DNA from: Sarea resinae
Taxonomy: Eukaryota
Direction: 5' to 3'
Assembly: GCA_026026165.1 (NCBI GenBank)
Contig: JAPEUD010000009.1
Location: forward strand, 1-64,000
Length of the DNA stretch: 64,000 bases
This document shows positions 12,801 to 26,200 of the stretch, one piece after another. Position numbers and translations under genes: made by a program. The notes beneath the pieces are model-generated. The model searched no databases. It was not told the origin of the DNA and saw only the letters and a program-made list of their open reading frames with translations. Position 1 is the stretch's first letter. Every line of letters begins with the position of its first letter.

Positions 12801-13925
12801 CACCGAGCAAGAGTCCTCTGAGCCACGTGGCCCGCTACAAGGCGTTCAGACACGCGCATCGTTGCAATCGGCAGATCAGGCGTTGCCGCAAATGGCGCAC
12901 AACATGCCTCAATCGAAAGAGCCGGCCCCCACCGGACATGGTGACGGCCAACCAAAGCAGGATATGCGGCTTCCTAACAAGTCCGTTTCGTACTCGGACC
13001 TCAAGACTCCTACGTTGCAAGAGCGACGCCATATGGTTTCCGTCTTGGTACAGGTATGGCTCATGATAGCTGGTCTCTACCGACGAGCTTCCATGTACGA
13101 GGATGCAAGGGGCGCTTGCGATGAGGCGGTCAAACTCGTCGACAGGCTCCAGCTCGATGTGTCTCGGCTGGACTGCAGCAACCGAGCGTTTGCAGAAAGA
13201 GGCTGGGGGGCCGGTAAAAGCGTGGAGGAGCTTTGGGGCGATGTCTACGCCGAGGTATGGCCTTTGTCGTTGGTCTTGCAGAAGGCTCTTACTGACACAT
13301 CTCACAGCAAGGATATCTCTCGCAAGCATGCGCGGCCCCGCACGACGCTCTCGCTCTCTTTGATAAGGCGCTGTTTCACTTCCCGGACCACGCCTCGGCG
13401 ACCGTCGGGCTCGCCAATATGCTTTTAGACATCTACACGCAAACCATACCGCCTTCACCCCCGACGACGACGTCGTCCTCCGGGACTAAACTCACCATCT
13501 CGCCAACAGCGCCGCAGCCCGCGCCGACATCAATCGACTCGATTTTCGCGCTCAAGAACGCACGATATCCATCGCAGCCGCCGTTGTCATCATCATCACC
13601 ATCTTTAAAACCGCCCTCTCCACTCGCCGGCACCACCTCGGACCGCCCGGCCAGCGACCCGCACGCCTCGCAGATCAACTCCACGACGCCCGAGGAGCTG
13701 GACCGGCTCGCGGCGCGCGACCGCGCCTACGGCCTCCTCTCATCGCTGACCAAGCTGGGTGCCGGCTGGGACTACAGCGAGGCGTGGTTCGCGCTCGCGC
13801 GCGCGTACGAGGAGAGCGGCGAGCTCGATCGCACCAAGGAGGTCCTGTGGTGGTGCGTCGAGCTGGAGGAGGGCCGGGCCGTGAGGCCGTGGGTTGTTGT
13901 TGGAGCTGGCGGGTTCGTGCTTTGA
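9900..13925 (+). CDS. YPP1: Ypp1/TTC7-family TPR protein (filamentation protein Rhf1-like; PI4-kinase scaffold); ~6 exons
   Basis: KASRYIGLLDAARSEGDWQSVPELIRKVTKHAPHR, LFRAATKTFHSTQILRHLF, WHILALLLSARQEF and C-terminal GWDYSEAWFALARAYE..KEVLWWCVELEE. Introns 9906-10020 (6-nt first exon inferred), 10145-10195, 10523-10568, 11174-11223, 13255-13307. Confidence 0.85.
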
Positions 13926-14349
13926 GTGCTTCTTTTTCTTCTTGAGTTGGCGATGCTGTTGTTGGAAGGGAAGAGGGGAAGGGCCAGGCCATGGGGGCGG
14001 GAGGGGGGAAGAGTTGAAAGGGTGAAAACGAGGTATAAAAAGATAGGAAAGCAAAGTTCCAAGCTCAGAGGTAGTGGAGAGGAGAGGAGAGGAGGGGCAT
14101 GGGAAGCTGTCCGTCATTGTTCTAGTAATACCATACCATACTTTACCATACCCTTACCAAAAGCAATGCATAGGTAGATAGGTGGGTAGGCCCACACCAT
14201 ACCACACCAATCGCCCTACTATTCTCCTCCCTCCTTTCTTCCCTTTAATTAGTGGATCGAGGCATCAACAAGCATTGCATGGATTATGAAAACAGGAGAA
14301 TAACATGAACTCTGATTCCCACCCCCTTCTCCCCAAAAGAAAGAAAATA

Positions 14350-14500
14350 GACTTCCTCTTTCGCCTTCTTCCTTCTCCCTCCTCCCTTGTCTTCTTCTCC
14401 CTTCTCCCTTCTCCCTTCTCCCTTCTTCCTTGTCTTCTTCTCCCTTCCTCTCCCTTTCCCCTTGTCCATTCTCTTCTTCTCTTTTCTTCTTCCTGGTCTC
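14350..14500. repeat. Polypyrimidine/polypurine low-complexity tract
   Basis: Almost purely C/T on the + strand (cttctcc-type units); (GAGAG)n-type repeats nearby at ~14650-14682. Confidence 0.85.
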
Positions 14501-15637
14501 CTAGTCTTATAAGCCAAGGATGAGCTGAGGATGAGGTCCAGGTGAGATAAAGTGAGGTAAGATAAAGATGAGACATTCGTCGCCCCTTTACGTGAGGAAG
14601 ACACTGTTTTGTTTTGCTGCTGCTGCTACTACTGCTGCTGTTAGGAGAGAAGAGGAGAGGAGAGGAGAGGAGAGGAGAGGAGCGCTGCTCTATACTAACT
14701 ATCAAGGTATGTATTCCGTATGTATGTATGTATTAGTAGGCAAAAAGGCAGACAAGCAAATGGGCATACCTGCCCGGACGAGCCCCAGACAAGCCGGGTT
14801 ATACAAGTAGCAGAATACCTTTTGGGCGCACACACGTGGGAACATTCGAACAAGTCTGCCTACCTGGTTCATCTATCTACCTTGTTTACTGGATCTTTTT
14901 ACATTTGAACGGCCCTTGATGATTGTTAACATCTTTACACAGATAGGAATTTTCTTTTCATTGCCCATTTTGCTTCGGAGCTCTCCTGTTTTACTGTCTC
15001 CAGCTGTTCTTCTTTCTTCTTTGCTTTACCCTCCGTCTGCTTCTTTGCGTCCACTTACCTTTGCAACCCCCCCTCTCCCTCTCTCTACATATGAAAAATC
15101 AGTTCATTCAAATCATTTGTATTTTTCATAATCTGAGTCCATCTAGTGATTATCAGAAGTCGCCCCGCCGTAGCATGAGGGTGATTACAGTCATTATCAT
15201 CCTATCCGTCATGGTAAACCGAAAAGAAAAAAGACACACGCTCCTCCCGAGCACACACTCCACCCACCTTGACATTTTGCCGTCGCCAGGGCCTTGGGAG
15301 AAAGGCTGGAAGCTCGAGCATCACTGTTCAGGTGAGAGGCATGGGGCAAGAGCAAGAGGCGTATATGCCGAGCAAAAGTAAAAAGTGCGGCCTGTGGTAT
15401 CTCGTGTGTCGTGTGGATGGGACAGACTGAATATCAAAAAGCCGCGACATGACACACGCCTCGCCTGATATCGAAAAAGAAGAAGGAAAAATCCGTTCAT
15501 GATGCAAACACCAGACTCCAGGGTGTCGTGAGATGCGCATGCAAGTTGCAGCAACGCAACATAATAGTAGTGATCGCTCCTAGTATGCCCCCGTTTCCCG
15601 CCAAATGAAAGCCGAATAGAACGCAAAGGCATCAAGT

Positions 15638-18480
15638 CTAATGGCTGGCTTGTTTACGGAAACGCAACAAGTCGGCCAAAGACGCGAGCGAACACCCATT
15701 CTTCAAGAAGTCATGGCCAAGGAGCTCCGAAGCATTGGCGCGGCTCTTGACGTCCACACAAAGGCAGACAGAGAGGAAAGCTTTGAGCTCTTTGCTGAGC
15801 TTTTCGGGCTTCTTGAGTCGAGGAGTGCCATTGGTGGCGATGAGGAAGAGCGCCTTCAGCGGTTCTTCGTTGAGATATGGAGGTTCGGATTCAATCATTT
15901 CGATAGCCATGATGCCAAGAGACCAGATATCAACCTTGGAGCCGTATTCCTTTTGCTTGACGACTTCGGGGGCCATCCAGTAAGGGGTCCCGACCATCGT
16001 GGCACGCTTACTCTTTTGTTCGGTGAGTTTGGCGCAGAAACCAAAGTCGGCTAGACGTCGTTAGTGGTGTAGGCGAGAACCGAGCAGAGAACTTACTGAT
16101 TTTGACGTTTCCCCTCGAGTCCAAAAGAACATTGTCGCTCTTAATGTCACGATGAATGATGTTCTGAGTGTGGAGATGCTCCAAACCTTTGCAAGTCTAG
16201 CAAGTGTTAGTTCACCCCACGATAAGAGAGAGAGCGACATACCTCATGACAGATTGTTGCAATCTGGTCTTCTGTGATGACGGGATTGTTGTCGATGACA
16301 TCGGTCAGAGCACCGCCCTCCATGTACTCCATAACCACCCACAGTTCATTGTTCTCCTCTTGTAGGTAAGAGTCAATGAAATTGACAATATTAGGATGCT
16401 TGCTATCTTTCATGACGAGGATTTCATTGACAATCAATTCCTTCCTCGGTTGATTGCGCAGATCCATTTGTTTGATGGCGACCTGAGGCCTCGTCCCTTG
16501 GGCTCCATGGCGCATGTGATCTTCCAACACCTCTCGAGCAGTCTTGGATGGTGCTGTCTCTTTGACTCGCGCGACATACACGGAACCAGAAGCACCCTGA
16601 CCAATCTTCTTCTGCTTGTTGTAGGAGTCGAGTGGCCTGTCCCTGGAGACGACCTCCTTCAATTTCTCCATGACTTGGTTTTCAGTCATGCTCGACATGC
16701 GGACGTCCTTTTTGGGCGTTGGAGGCTCTTTCTTCGTGAGAGCTTGCTCGGCTTGCTTGACGCCATCGTTGTCCTGTTTGGGGGCACCGGATGGCTTCTG
16801 GGCTGCGACACGCAAAGGCTTAGGAGCGCCGACAGGAGCAGGCAGTCGGGACGGAGACTGTGCTGCACCATTTGTATTGCCATTCGTTGGAGCACGTGCT
16901 TGAGCTTGCGGACCCTGTCCATTGGTGTGCGTCGGATGCCTTGGGGAGGCGGGACCTGCACGCGCAGCGTCTGCTCCGGGCGTACGTAGCGCGGTCTGGC
17001 CATTTGCTGGAGATCGCTCACGATCACTCTTTTGACTCTGGCCGGGCGCTGAGGGGGCTGGTCGCTGAGCTGCCATTTGCCTCAAAGAACCTTGGGGTTG
17101 CTGACGAGTCCTCTCGGAACCTGGAGCAGCGGGAGCAGCCCTAGTCGGGTTGTAACGATTTGTCGAAGAATAGTTCTCGGTATACCCCCCGCCTCCGATT
17201 TCCTGCTTAGCAAGAGGGACGCGGGTTTTTGGAAGAGATGCATTGTATTCCTCCAACTCTTTACGTTCTTGCTCATCTTTCTCGCGTTGGCGTTGTTCCC
17301 GTTGTTCCCGTTGTTCACGTATCTTACGAGCCTCTTCTTCCATACGACGACGCTGTTCTTGCTCCACCTGTTGACGCTGAGCATCAGGTCCGGATGCTTT
17401 ACGCGGCTGTTGAACGGGCGTGCTGTTCTCGGATCGCGAAGGACCAGAATTTTGGTAGCTTTCCAAGCGTTGGGGACCCGCAGGTGGTTGAGGCCTGGGT
17501 GGAGCAATGGAATTTCCGGTCGCGCCATAGCCCAATTGCTTGTTCTGATTGAGACCGACGGATGGAGTGGGTGTCAAGCTCGCATACTCTTGAGGATTCT
17601 GGGCACGTCGAGTAATATCAGAGTAGAATTCAAGAACCTCGATGACGGCAGTCGGGTTCTTGTGATAGTCTTCCTTTGTAATGGCAGACGCCGTAAGAAG
17701 CTTTTCCCACTCTGGAGGCAAGCCGACAAAAGCGCCACTCTGAGGATCGAAGCCAACATGCACTTGATGGGAAAAGTTGGTTGGGTTGCTGACTCCGCCA
17801 ATGCCTGGGCAGCGATCGTAGATCTTGTCGATCCAGTCATAGGTGTCATCATCGCTTTCAACCTGACAGATGACGGACTTTTGAGGAAGATCGCGGGCAG
17901 CCATCAACGTCGAACTGGCGGGATTGGCAACTCGGGCGATCTCAAAGGCGAACTGTGGAGTCTCGCATCTAGTCACCCCAGTCACATCCTTGAGGTAAAT
18001 AGTCAAGGAGATCTTCGGTGAGGTTTCGTTCTTGTGAAAGTCAAGCTTGTCCTCGCGAAGAATGAGATATCTCGTGGCCTTGACCGAAAAGAATCCATCT
18101 TCCTTGACCTTTGCGTAGCCTTGTTTGACGATAGCCAAGCCTCCAAGACCCGAATTGCTAGTCTGAGAGCGTTGCAGCGGCAGAGAAAGGTTGGACCCAC
18201 TTGCTGGAAAGGTTGAAGAGTGAGAGAGAGCATTGGGAGAATGCAAGCTCATGTTCGACATGTTGCCTGGAAGATTCGCAGTCGAAGGCGTGAGGTTAAG
18301 ACGAGGACGATCCACAGGAGGTCGAGGAGCGGGGCCCGGATTCATGAACTGGTCGGGAGAGTAGATGCTATGATTTCGTCAGCGGAGCCGATTAATCTGA
18401 TACGCTTGCCCCTCAAGTATAGCACCACTCATCACAGGTTCATGGAATCAAACTTACTGAGATGATTGAGAGGACGCCAT
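15638..18480 (-). CDS. CLA4: PAK-family kinase Cla4 (PH + CRIB + kinase); 4 exons
   Basis: [11 protein letters not shown] start region, PH domain, [20 protein letters not shown], kinase motifs [39 protein letters not shown]. Introns 18368-18457, 16197-16242, 16051-16096. Confidence 0.95.
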
Positions 18481-18931
18481 TATCGCGACCTTGTTGAGTG
18501 AAATCGCACAAGAGATCTGATCGAACGCGGTGCGTTTTGTAGCTGTGGCTATCGGTTGTGGATTGGGCTGTGATTGCTGATCTTGAATCGGCGAAACAAT
18601 CGGTCGGGATGGCAGATGCAATTCACACCTACAGACAGATGTCGGACTTTCAGCAAGTCAGTAGCTGATCAGGAGCCGACTGTGATAGAGACGAGCTTAC
18701 CAAGTTCACGGCGGATGGATTGTCCTGATCGACAGAGCTTCAGGAGTGGCTATTCTGCGACCTCTTCGCCGTCAACATAGAAGCACGTCTGTGTTGCGGT
18801 CCGCTACCAAGAAGGTAACGTGAGTCTTTGAGAGATTCAGCAAAGGGGGTCGTTGGGGTCGTTTTGGTCGTGCGGGAGGAGTGGACGCTGTCGGGAGCTG
18901 AGAGTGCGCGACTCTTGAGAGGGCAGGTCGA

Positions 18932-18967
18932 GTGAAGCGGGTGAAGTGGGTGAAGTGGGTGAAGTGG
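18932..18967. repeat. 9-bp minisatellite (GTGAAGTGG)x4 upstream of CLA4
   Basis: gtgaagcgg gtgaagtgg gtgaagtgg gtgaagtgg. Confidence 0.85.
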
Positions 18968-20135
18968 GCTGAGTGGAGGAATCTGTGACGCCGACCACCG
19001 ACCGTCAGTAGGCCGCAATGAATACCTGTATTCACAGTCGAGAACGCGAGATGCGGTGAATGCAGCAGGAGCAGACCCAGGGCGATGTGCTGCTCGGATC
19101 GTAAGGGGGGATGAGGCTTGAATCGAGAGTGCCGCGATGCCTCCTGTCGAGCAGGAGATCGTGAGTGAACACTGGCGGTACCGTGGTGGTGCCTGACTGA
19201 GGGTCGGCGGTCCCTAGGTTGGTCCCTTGTTCTCGTCCGTTGTGTGTCACTCGTGTGTCACTTGCCCGCCACGGTTCTGCGTCGAGGTACTTCCGGCAGC
19301 AAGTCTCGAGGTACTCGAGTACTCCGTACACTTCTCCACCCCTTAGAGTGGCCAAAGCCCGAATCGTTGCATCTGTCTGATACTCTACTCTACTATAAAG
19401 TACCGTCGCGGTTAGGCTGTCGACTAAGTCGATTCCGTCTCCAACTGATCCCTGGGTCCGCCATGAACCTCGACTCTCGGTGCTGACACATCCAGTCTGG
19501 AGTATGCATTTCGTGGCCTGGCCCTCGACTGCGTACAGAGGATGAGACAGAGTGCAAAGTAGTACAGCCGCAACGGTCGCATCAGAGAATCAACAGTGGC
19601 ATGGACCGATCCCAACGTCCTCCGTGTGGGCAATGGCCGAGATCGTGGGAGGAGGGGATGCAAGCTGCCCGCATGTACGTAGTACGTTCAATAGAACATG
19701 ATTCAGCATGGAAATGAGGAACATCGAGGAAGAATGACAGCGTGGGATACTCCATGATCAGATCTTGCATGAAGAGCTTATTCTAACCATGCGGCACTAT
19801 TCCTCGGCCATCCACCTCACCCACGGTCAATGTGGAGTCCCACCACGTGGCCGAGACATCACGACATCATGCCTTTCACAGCGGCGGGTTCAATGTGCAA
19901 CATATCTTGATACATGTCATTCTCATGCGTGCCAGTCGGACCCCGCCGACGAAGATGTTCAACCCTGCCATTTCCATACTAATTCCCTAATTATGATCAC
20001 TCGAAAATGGTCAATACCAACAAACACGTAGTTATTGCCCCGCCAGAGAAATAGTCATAAGAATAAAAAAATTATCCAAGTCATTGCGAGCGGCGGTTTA
20101 GATCCGCCACATGTTCTAATTGATTAGGCGATGAC

Positions 20136-21101
20136 TTAGAGAAGGGCGGCCAGAACACCAGCCATCACAACACCAACGATCGATGTTCCGAGGACTTGGG
20201 AAAGCTTGTTGGCGCCGGAAGAAGTGGACTTGGCGACAGAGCCAGTGGTGGTGTTGCTGGCAGAAGAGGTGGCGCTGGATGCCGAAGCAGCTTTGGAGGC
20301 AGCAGAACCGGTGGTGGTGCTTGCAGTCGATGTCTTCGTCTTGGAAGACTCGCTCTTGGAGCTCTTGGTTGACGACGCGGACGAAGCAGACGAAGAAGAT
20401 GCTGCAGAAGCCGACGACGCGGAAGAGGATGAAGAGGCGGCAGTGGACGACGCAGCAGCAGCAGCAGAAGTCGATGACGCAGAGGATGCGGACGAGGATG
20501 ATGCTGATGATGAGGAAGAAGACGAAGACGAGGCGGCAGCTGAGGTAGCAGACGAACCACTTCCGGTGGCAATCTATGGATTTGTTAGCGAACATCTTCC
20601 AGCGTTCAATAGGCCACTTACTTGCTGAGCAGCGGCGGATTGAGGGACGTTGGTGCCAGCGTCGACGCAGGTTCCAGCGACGCTTTGCTCGTAATGGTAC
20701 TCTCCAATCTTTCCTGCCTCACAGCAGAACGGGTTTCCGTCAAGTCCCTTCCATAGGTTCCAGCTGGAGTCGGCGCAGACGGGCGAGGCTTGGAATGAAC
20801 CCTGGCAAGGGTTGGCTATAATCCAATAAGCAATTGCTCAACATTTCGGTCGCTCATGGTGCGCGACACGGAGATCGTGCTCACAGTCCGGGCAGCAAAC
20901 GCTGACTTGGTCAGTGCCGGGGTCCGAGCAAGTGGTGCCCTTGGGGCAGCATCCTGTCGTGCACTTGGTGGTGTCGGACGGGCAAGTGTCGGTTTGCAAA
21001 CTCCATCCTCCCTTGGACTGGCGAGCAACGAGAGCCTGAGGGATGTAGTTGGCCGTAGCGCCGGTCACGGCGAAGACGAGAAGAATCGATGAGGCAAGCA
21101 T
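20136..21101 (-). CDS. Secreted Cys-rich, Ser/Ala/Thr-rich putative GPI-anchored cell-wall protein; 3 exons
   Basis: Signal peptide MLASSILLVFAVTGATA, 12-Cys domain (..GCCP..VCCP..CADSSWNLW..FCC..), Ser-rich stalk and hydrophobic C-terminus IVGVVMAGVLAALL*. Introns 20816-20884 and 20574-20621. Confidence 0.85.
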
Positions 21102-23224
21102 AGTAGCGACTGACTTTGCAATTGAGCGATTGACTGTTCGAAATTCGAAATAAATAGACGACAATGGAAATAATGTATCGACTGAATGCTGAGGGGAAGA
21201 GAGAGACCTAGCAGGAAGAAGAGAGAAACGGACAGCGGCACGACGGGACAGCAGAGAGTATATATTTCAGCGGGCCATGGGGAAAATGTGAAGGCACCAA
21301 ATAGGGGTGGGAACGCCACGCGAGACAAGCTGGCAGTGCTTACGGGCTTGTGGACTGGGGGGGGGGGGATTGGATTGGACTGGGCTGGCTGGGTGGGCAG
21401 GCTATCGGGTCTGGCATGTTGAGAGCAGTATCGCTTCGTACATGGAGGAGAGCATGTCCGTGAGGATGTCAGTGTGCGGGTGAGCGAGCGGGCGTGTGCG
21501 ACGGGGTCTACCTCCAAGTCTACCTGCAAGTACCTTGGTCCGTAGCCAATCTGGCCCTGAAATCTGAAGTCAAACGGGGAATTCTCAATCTCTCGTATTT
21601 GGGACACGGTGATTGACTGCCCACGGCCAAGTCTGTGCCGTCCTGATCCGCGTTGAAGGGTGTAACCTGGCAGGCATCCGAGGCGCGACGGACTCTTGCC
21701 CCTGGCCGCAATGTCACCAGCATCGGCGTGATTGGCCACTACGGCATGCAACCCTATCGAGACGAGATCACTATCTCTTTCCACCCTTAGCCTGTCCGCT
21801 AAGGGGCTGCTACGGTTCGGCCATCTGAAACTCGTACTCGTAAAGATGGCCGAAGAGAGCCAAAGAGAGCGAAGGGCCTACGATGGTGCCTATTTTCAGC
21901 ATTGCTCATCGACGGCGCAGGAAAGGCGTACGAGGAAGAAGGCGGTAGGTAATAGCTCGTTTTTCGAAGAGGTGGCCAAGGCCCGGTTCGACGTTGTGAC
22001 AGAAAATAGCAACAGTCGGTCCAGCTTAGGCCCGGCTGCAATTGGTCGGGTTTTCGTGTTTTCGTGTTTCTGCAGCAGGACTGCAGCATGTACGAAGGAC
22101 GGAAGGGACTGGCTTCTGGAGATAGGACGCACCAATGTCATAGGGCACAGAACAAGCAGAGCCTTCCAGGTCGTCTCTGGAGTACTCCGGAGTACTGCGT
22201 AGTATGCTGATCACCAGCAGGTACTGCAGGTACCCTAGCTGGGGCCGAGGGGGCCAAGGGCCGAGGGCCACTTGAACGGCGAAGCGAACGCGCCAAAGTG
22301 TCAAACACGAGAACCGAAGTCGGCCAAGAGATAAGCCGTGCTCTGCTGCACCTTACCTCCGGACTTCCCACTCACTACCTTACTCTATTGTACGAGAGGG
22401 AGAGCAGCTGGCGCCGGTTGGATGTTGGAGCCTGTAAGTACATAGTAGTGCCTGTGCCGGTACGAGTACGAAGTACCAAGCGGGTAGTCTGCCAGCGTCT
22501 CCCTGACCTACCTGACCTAGTAGGTACCTTATTTCTCGTTCCTGAATCTCGAGAGCCAACAAAAAGCACCCTTCAGACACCCTTCTTTCCTAGTACTTTT
22601 GGCGTTGATCTGGTACGAGGTACTCGAGGTACATGAGCACTTTGACTTTGTACCGCAGCATGCTCACGATACCCTACGGACATCGAGTAAGATTAGGTAT
22701 TGTACTACCGTCCGTATGGAGAGGATCATCTCCGGCTAGGGACAATGCCCTCGGACTGGTCATAGCCTGGCGTCTCCTCCGCGCCTGAAGAAGAGACGGA
22801 TGGAAGGATCTTCCGTTTCAACTCATGGCATGGGCCTCAGACGATTGATTTGGTGCTTATGATATCATCATCTCTCTGGCTTCTAGGCTCCACCTTCCAC
22901 CTGGGCACCTTGGCATGGAGCCCGAGACCTGAGGTGTAGGCTCATATGGATGTCCTGATGATGATGTACTGCGTACAAGCACATATGGACTAAGATGTAG
23001 ATCGGCCGACTTAAGATTGTGCCAGACGATCAGCTTTATCTCCACACTACTACGGAGTATGTACCCCATACCGAAGGTCCATACCGTACCAAGCAATATG
23101 ATGGACGTCTGGCATCTCGTGAAAACGAGCTCAACGTCATTGCTCGTTCCAGCCCGATATTCCGTCGTGCTCCATCATTTGCCTCATCACAAGAGCTCAA
23201 CTGATCTCCAAGCCCATCAGCCCA

Positions 23225-24536
23225 ATGCAATCTCTGGCACCCAGCGCCGCTCCAACTTCGCCAGTCATCACCAGTGACGAGTTTTACTCATCCCCAGATT
23301 CGAAACGTGATTCTGAGAGGCAATATCACATATTCTTCATCACTGGCAACCCAGGCCTGATAAGTTATTATCATACGTTCTTGGCATGCCTATCGAATTC
23401 GCTACGTAGTCCATCTGCGCTGTTTCACGTCTTCGGTGTGTCTTTGAAGGGCTTCCTTGAAAACAATGTCACACGCCCGTCTACTCAGCAGAAAGATGGA
23501 GCGGTGGGAACCGGTCCACCTTACAGCTTAGAGGATCAGATCGAGTATGTGGAGGGCAGACTGTGGAGGTACGCAAGAGAAAGAGGCCAGCATGAGATTG
23601 AGAAATCTCCCAGTGATGGCAACGTGAAGCAGTGTCGCGTGAAGATTATCCTCATGGGACATTCGGTCGGATCTTATATCTTACTTGAGCTTCTTCGACG
23701 ACATCGCTTGCCAGCGTCACAGGCCAATAACGGGCATCTGGACATTGTTGGAGGGATATTGCTCTTCCCAACTGTGACACATATTGCAAAATCGCCATCT
23801 GGCCAAAAGTTTACTGTAAGCTTGGAAGTCCTTTCACGTAGCCAGGAAACACTGAATGCACATTGATGATTTGATCAGGCTCTCTCAAAGATACCCAATT
23901 TTGCCGCAATTGTTGGGATGCTAGCCAGAGTCCTGACCGCCGTGATACCGTCTGGTTTCCTACATCATCTGATCAAACTTATCACGCGCTTTCCGGACGA
24001 GGCCGCAAAGACCACTGCAGAATTCTTGCAGAGCCGTACAGGTGTTCAACAGGCTCTGTAGGTTAGGTTCCAAATGTCAACTGAATTGCAATCTGATGCA
24101 AAAATAGATGCATGGCCCAGGACGAGATGACCACCATCACAGAAGACTGCTGGGATGACGAGGTGTGGGGCGCCGCATCCGACCGCAGCAAAGGCGCTAA
24201 TCTCTCGTATCCAAAATTGATCTTCTATTTTGGTCAAAACGACAATTGGGTTGCGGATCATACACGCGATGATTTGATTGCGGCGAGAGGAGACTCGCCC
24301 GATCAAAACGAGGGGTGGAGACCTCGTATGATGATTGATGAGACTGGTATTCCGCATGGGTTCTCTATAAGTAAGTCCTCCTCTCTTTCGTATTTCATTG
24401 ATGCTGATTCGATTTAGGACATAGTGCACCGGTCGCTGAAAAGACAAGCGAGTTTATCATGGAAATTGTGGGTGCTTTTGAAGGAAAGGAAGCTCAAAGT
24501 TCCCTGGCGTCTTCGACAGAACAACATCTACCTTAG
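23225..24536 (+). CDS. Lipid-droplet-associated serine hydrolase (LDAH/YPR147C-like alpha/beta hydrolase); 4 exons
   Basis: FFITGNPGLISYY, YSLEDQI, nucleophile motif GHSVG, LLFPTV.HIAKSPSG, FYFGQNDNWV, IPHGFS. Introns 23816-23878, 24058-24107, 24371-24417. Confidence 0.88.
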
Positions 24537-24727
24537 CTGAAGAGCGAAGACTGTCACCGTATCTGGGCCAACTAGGACACGCACTCAATATGCAACCCCA
24601 AAACCAAAGACAATTAATACCGAAAACTTTGGCTTTTGTCTAACTCCGCACGGGTATATAGCCAGATGCTCGAGAATCTTAGCACCAACGCCATGTAATG
24701 CAAACGCAGCAAGCTAATGGGGTACCA

Positions 24728-25606
24728 TTATGAGCCCTGATAACTTTCCCCGGCCTTCCGAAACAAATCTCCAAGTATGTCACGACCCGGTTCAGGTACA
24801 CTCTGACTCTGCTGCAGCTTAGCAGGCTTGCTGCTCAGGAAGAAGTTGGTGTCCGCCGAGGGCATGAATTGCGCACTCGACTTCGGCGGACTGTGGACTT
24901 TGACGCTCCATCCGTCGTCCTGCTCTCTCTGCTGCCCGAACAATTCCCTTAGCGAAAGTTGTCGCCCCATCGGCACACTTTCTGCCAGCTGTGGTTCCTC
25001 GACTCGGCTCTCCTGTTCAACGGCCGTGTTCTGCTTTTGGATGGCCAATCGCCTGCTCGTTTCTGCTTGTACAGCACAATCCTGGATGATCTGTGCATTG
25101 ATGGCTCTTGTATTTGCGGTCGAAGATGGTGGTGGTTCAGAGAAAATCCAAAGTCCGTAGACCTGTTGCCCGCTCTCGGCGTCGTCACTGCTCACCCGTA
25201 GAATAACATACTCTTCCGTAATCTCCACATCCTCGCCCTCCAGCAGTTCGGTGTAGAAATTGTTGAGACCACGCCGATTGAGTACCATGACGCCAAATCT
25301 CTCTGCCCCGACATCGCTTGCTGTAAGCTGGCAGACAAACAACGTCCCCTCAACACCGCTCTTCTCCCATTGATGGTTCTGAAGCGAGAAGATGTAGACG
25401 ACGGAGTAGTGGGCGATGGAGAGGATGGAGGTAACGGCGGGATTGTGTCGACGAATGACGGACAGATTGAGCTCTGCGTTTGAGCGCGGAGGGGGCGGGG
25501 GAGGCATATCAGAGAGGTTGGAGATGTTGTTGGCGTCGGATTCGTAGTCTGACGGCTGGCTGATCATGGTTTGGTTCGGCCGCGTTTTAGGCCTTCGTGT
25601 AGACAT
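24728..25606 (-). CDS. DCP1: mRNA-decapping subunit Dcp1 (EVH1/PH-like)
   Basis: ELNLSVIRRHNP, WEKSGVEGTLFV, VLNRRGLNNF, VYGLWIF; single 292-aa ORF. Confidence 0.88.
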   Translation of the reverse strand: MSTRRPKTRPNQTMISQPSDYESDANNISNLSDMPPPPPPRSNAELNLSVIRRHNPAVTSILSIAHYSVVYIFSLQNHQWEKSGVEGTLFVCQLTASDVGAERFGVMVLNRRGLNNFYTELLEGEDVEITEEYVILRVSSDDAESGQQVYGLWIFSEPPPSSTANTRAINAQIIQDCAVQAETSRRLAIQKQNTAVEQESRVEEPQLAESVPMGRQLSLRELFGQQREQDDGWSVKVHSPPKSSAQFMPSADTNFFLSSKPAKLQQSQSVPEPGRDILGDLFRKAGESYQGS

Positions 25607-26200
25607 GGTGACGGCAGTCTCGAGTCAGGATGATGGTTACTCCTAGGCAAGATAGCTGCGGAAAAGACGGCGACGGGGGAAATCGCGAGGACAGAGCAAT
25701 GGGTGGAGTTTGGCGATGAAGAGTGCAGGTGTTCGAGTACGGCAAGCTGAGTCAGTGAGTAGGTACTTCGTACCTGCCCGAATGATAACGATGATGATGA
25801 TAACCTTGGAACAATGGTGATGTTGGCAAGCGAGAGTGATATGGATGCTTGGAGGGGCGAGGGGCGAGGGGCCGCCGTGGGGGCGGCGCACTGGGGCACG
25901 TCAACCTGCAGAAGCAAATGATCGACATTCCATCCCAATCCTACTTCCAGGCGATGCATTTCCCCATCGCAACTGTTGGAATGCCCCCAAGACCCTTCTC
26001 CGTATGGCAGCTATGATTCCGGACAACTAATCTCCAAATCAACGACCCTTTCGAGTCCTTGCCTCGGTGGCGCTTACGTCAGTAGCTTTGACATCATCAT
26101 CAACACCATTACCTTCAACGTCTCAGTCACCCTCGTCTATCCATGAACCAACAGGGCCTCAGGTCAGTAGACAGACGATAGTATCTTCGCTTCATCCGCC

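Noticed and set aside
17077..18021. 314-aa + strand ORF
   Set aside because: Antisense to CLA4; no recognisable protein features.
20165..20628. Overlapping Arg/Leu-rich and Asp/Glu/Ala-rich ORFs
   Set aside because: Alternative frames and antisense of the Ser/Ala stalk of the GPI-type protein.
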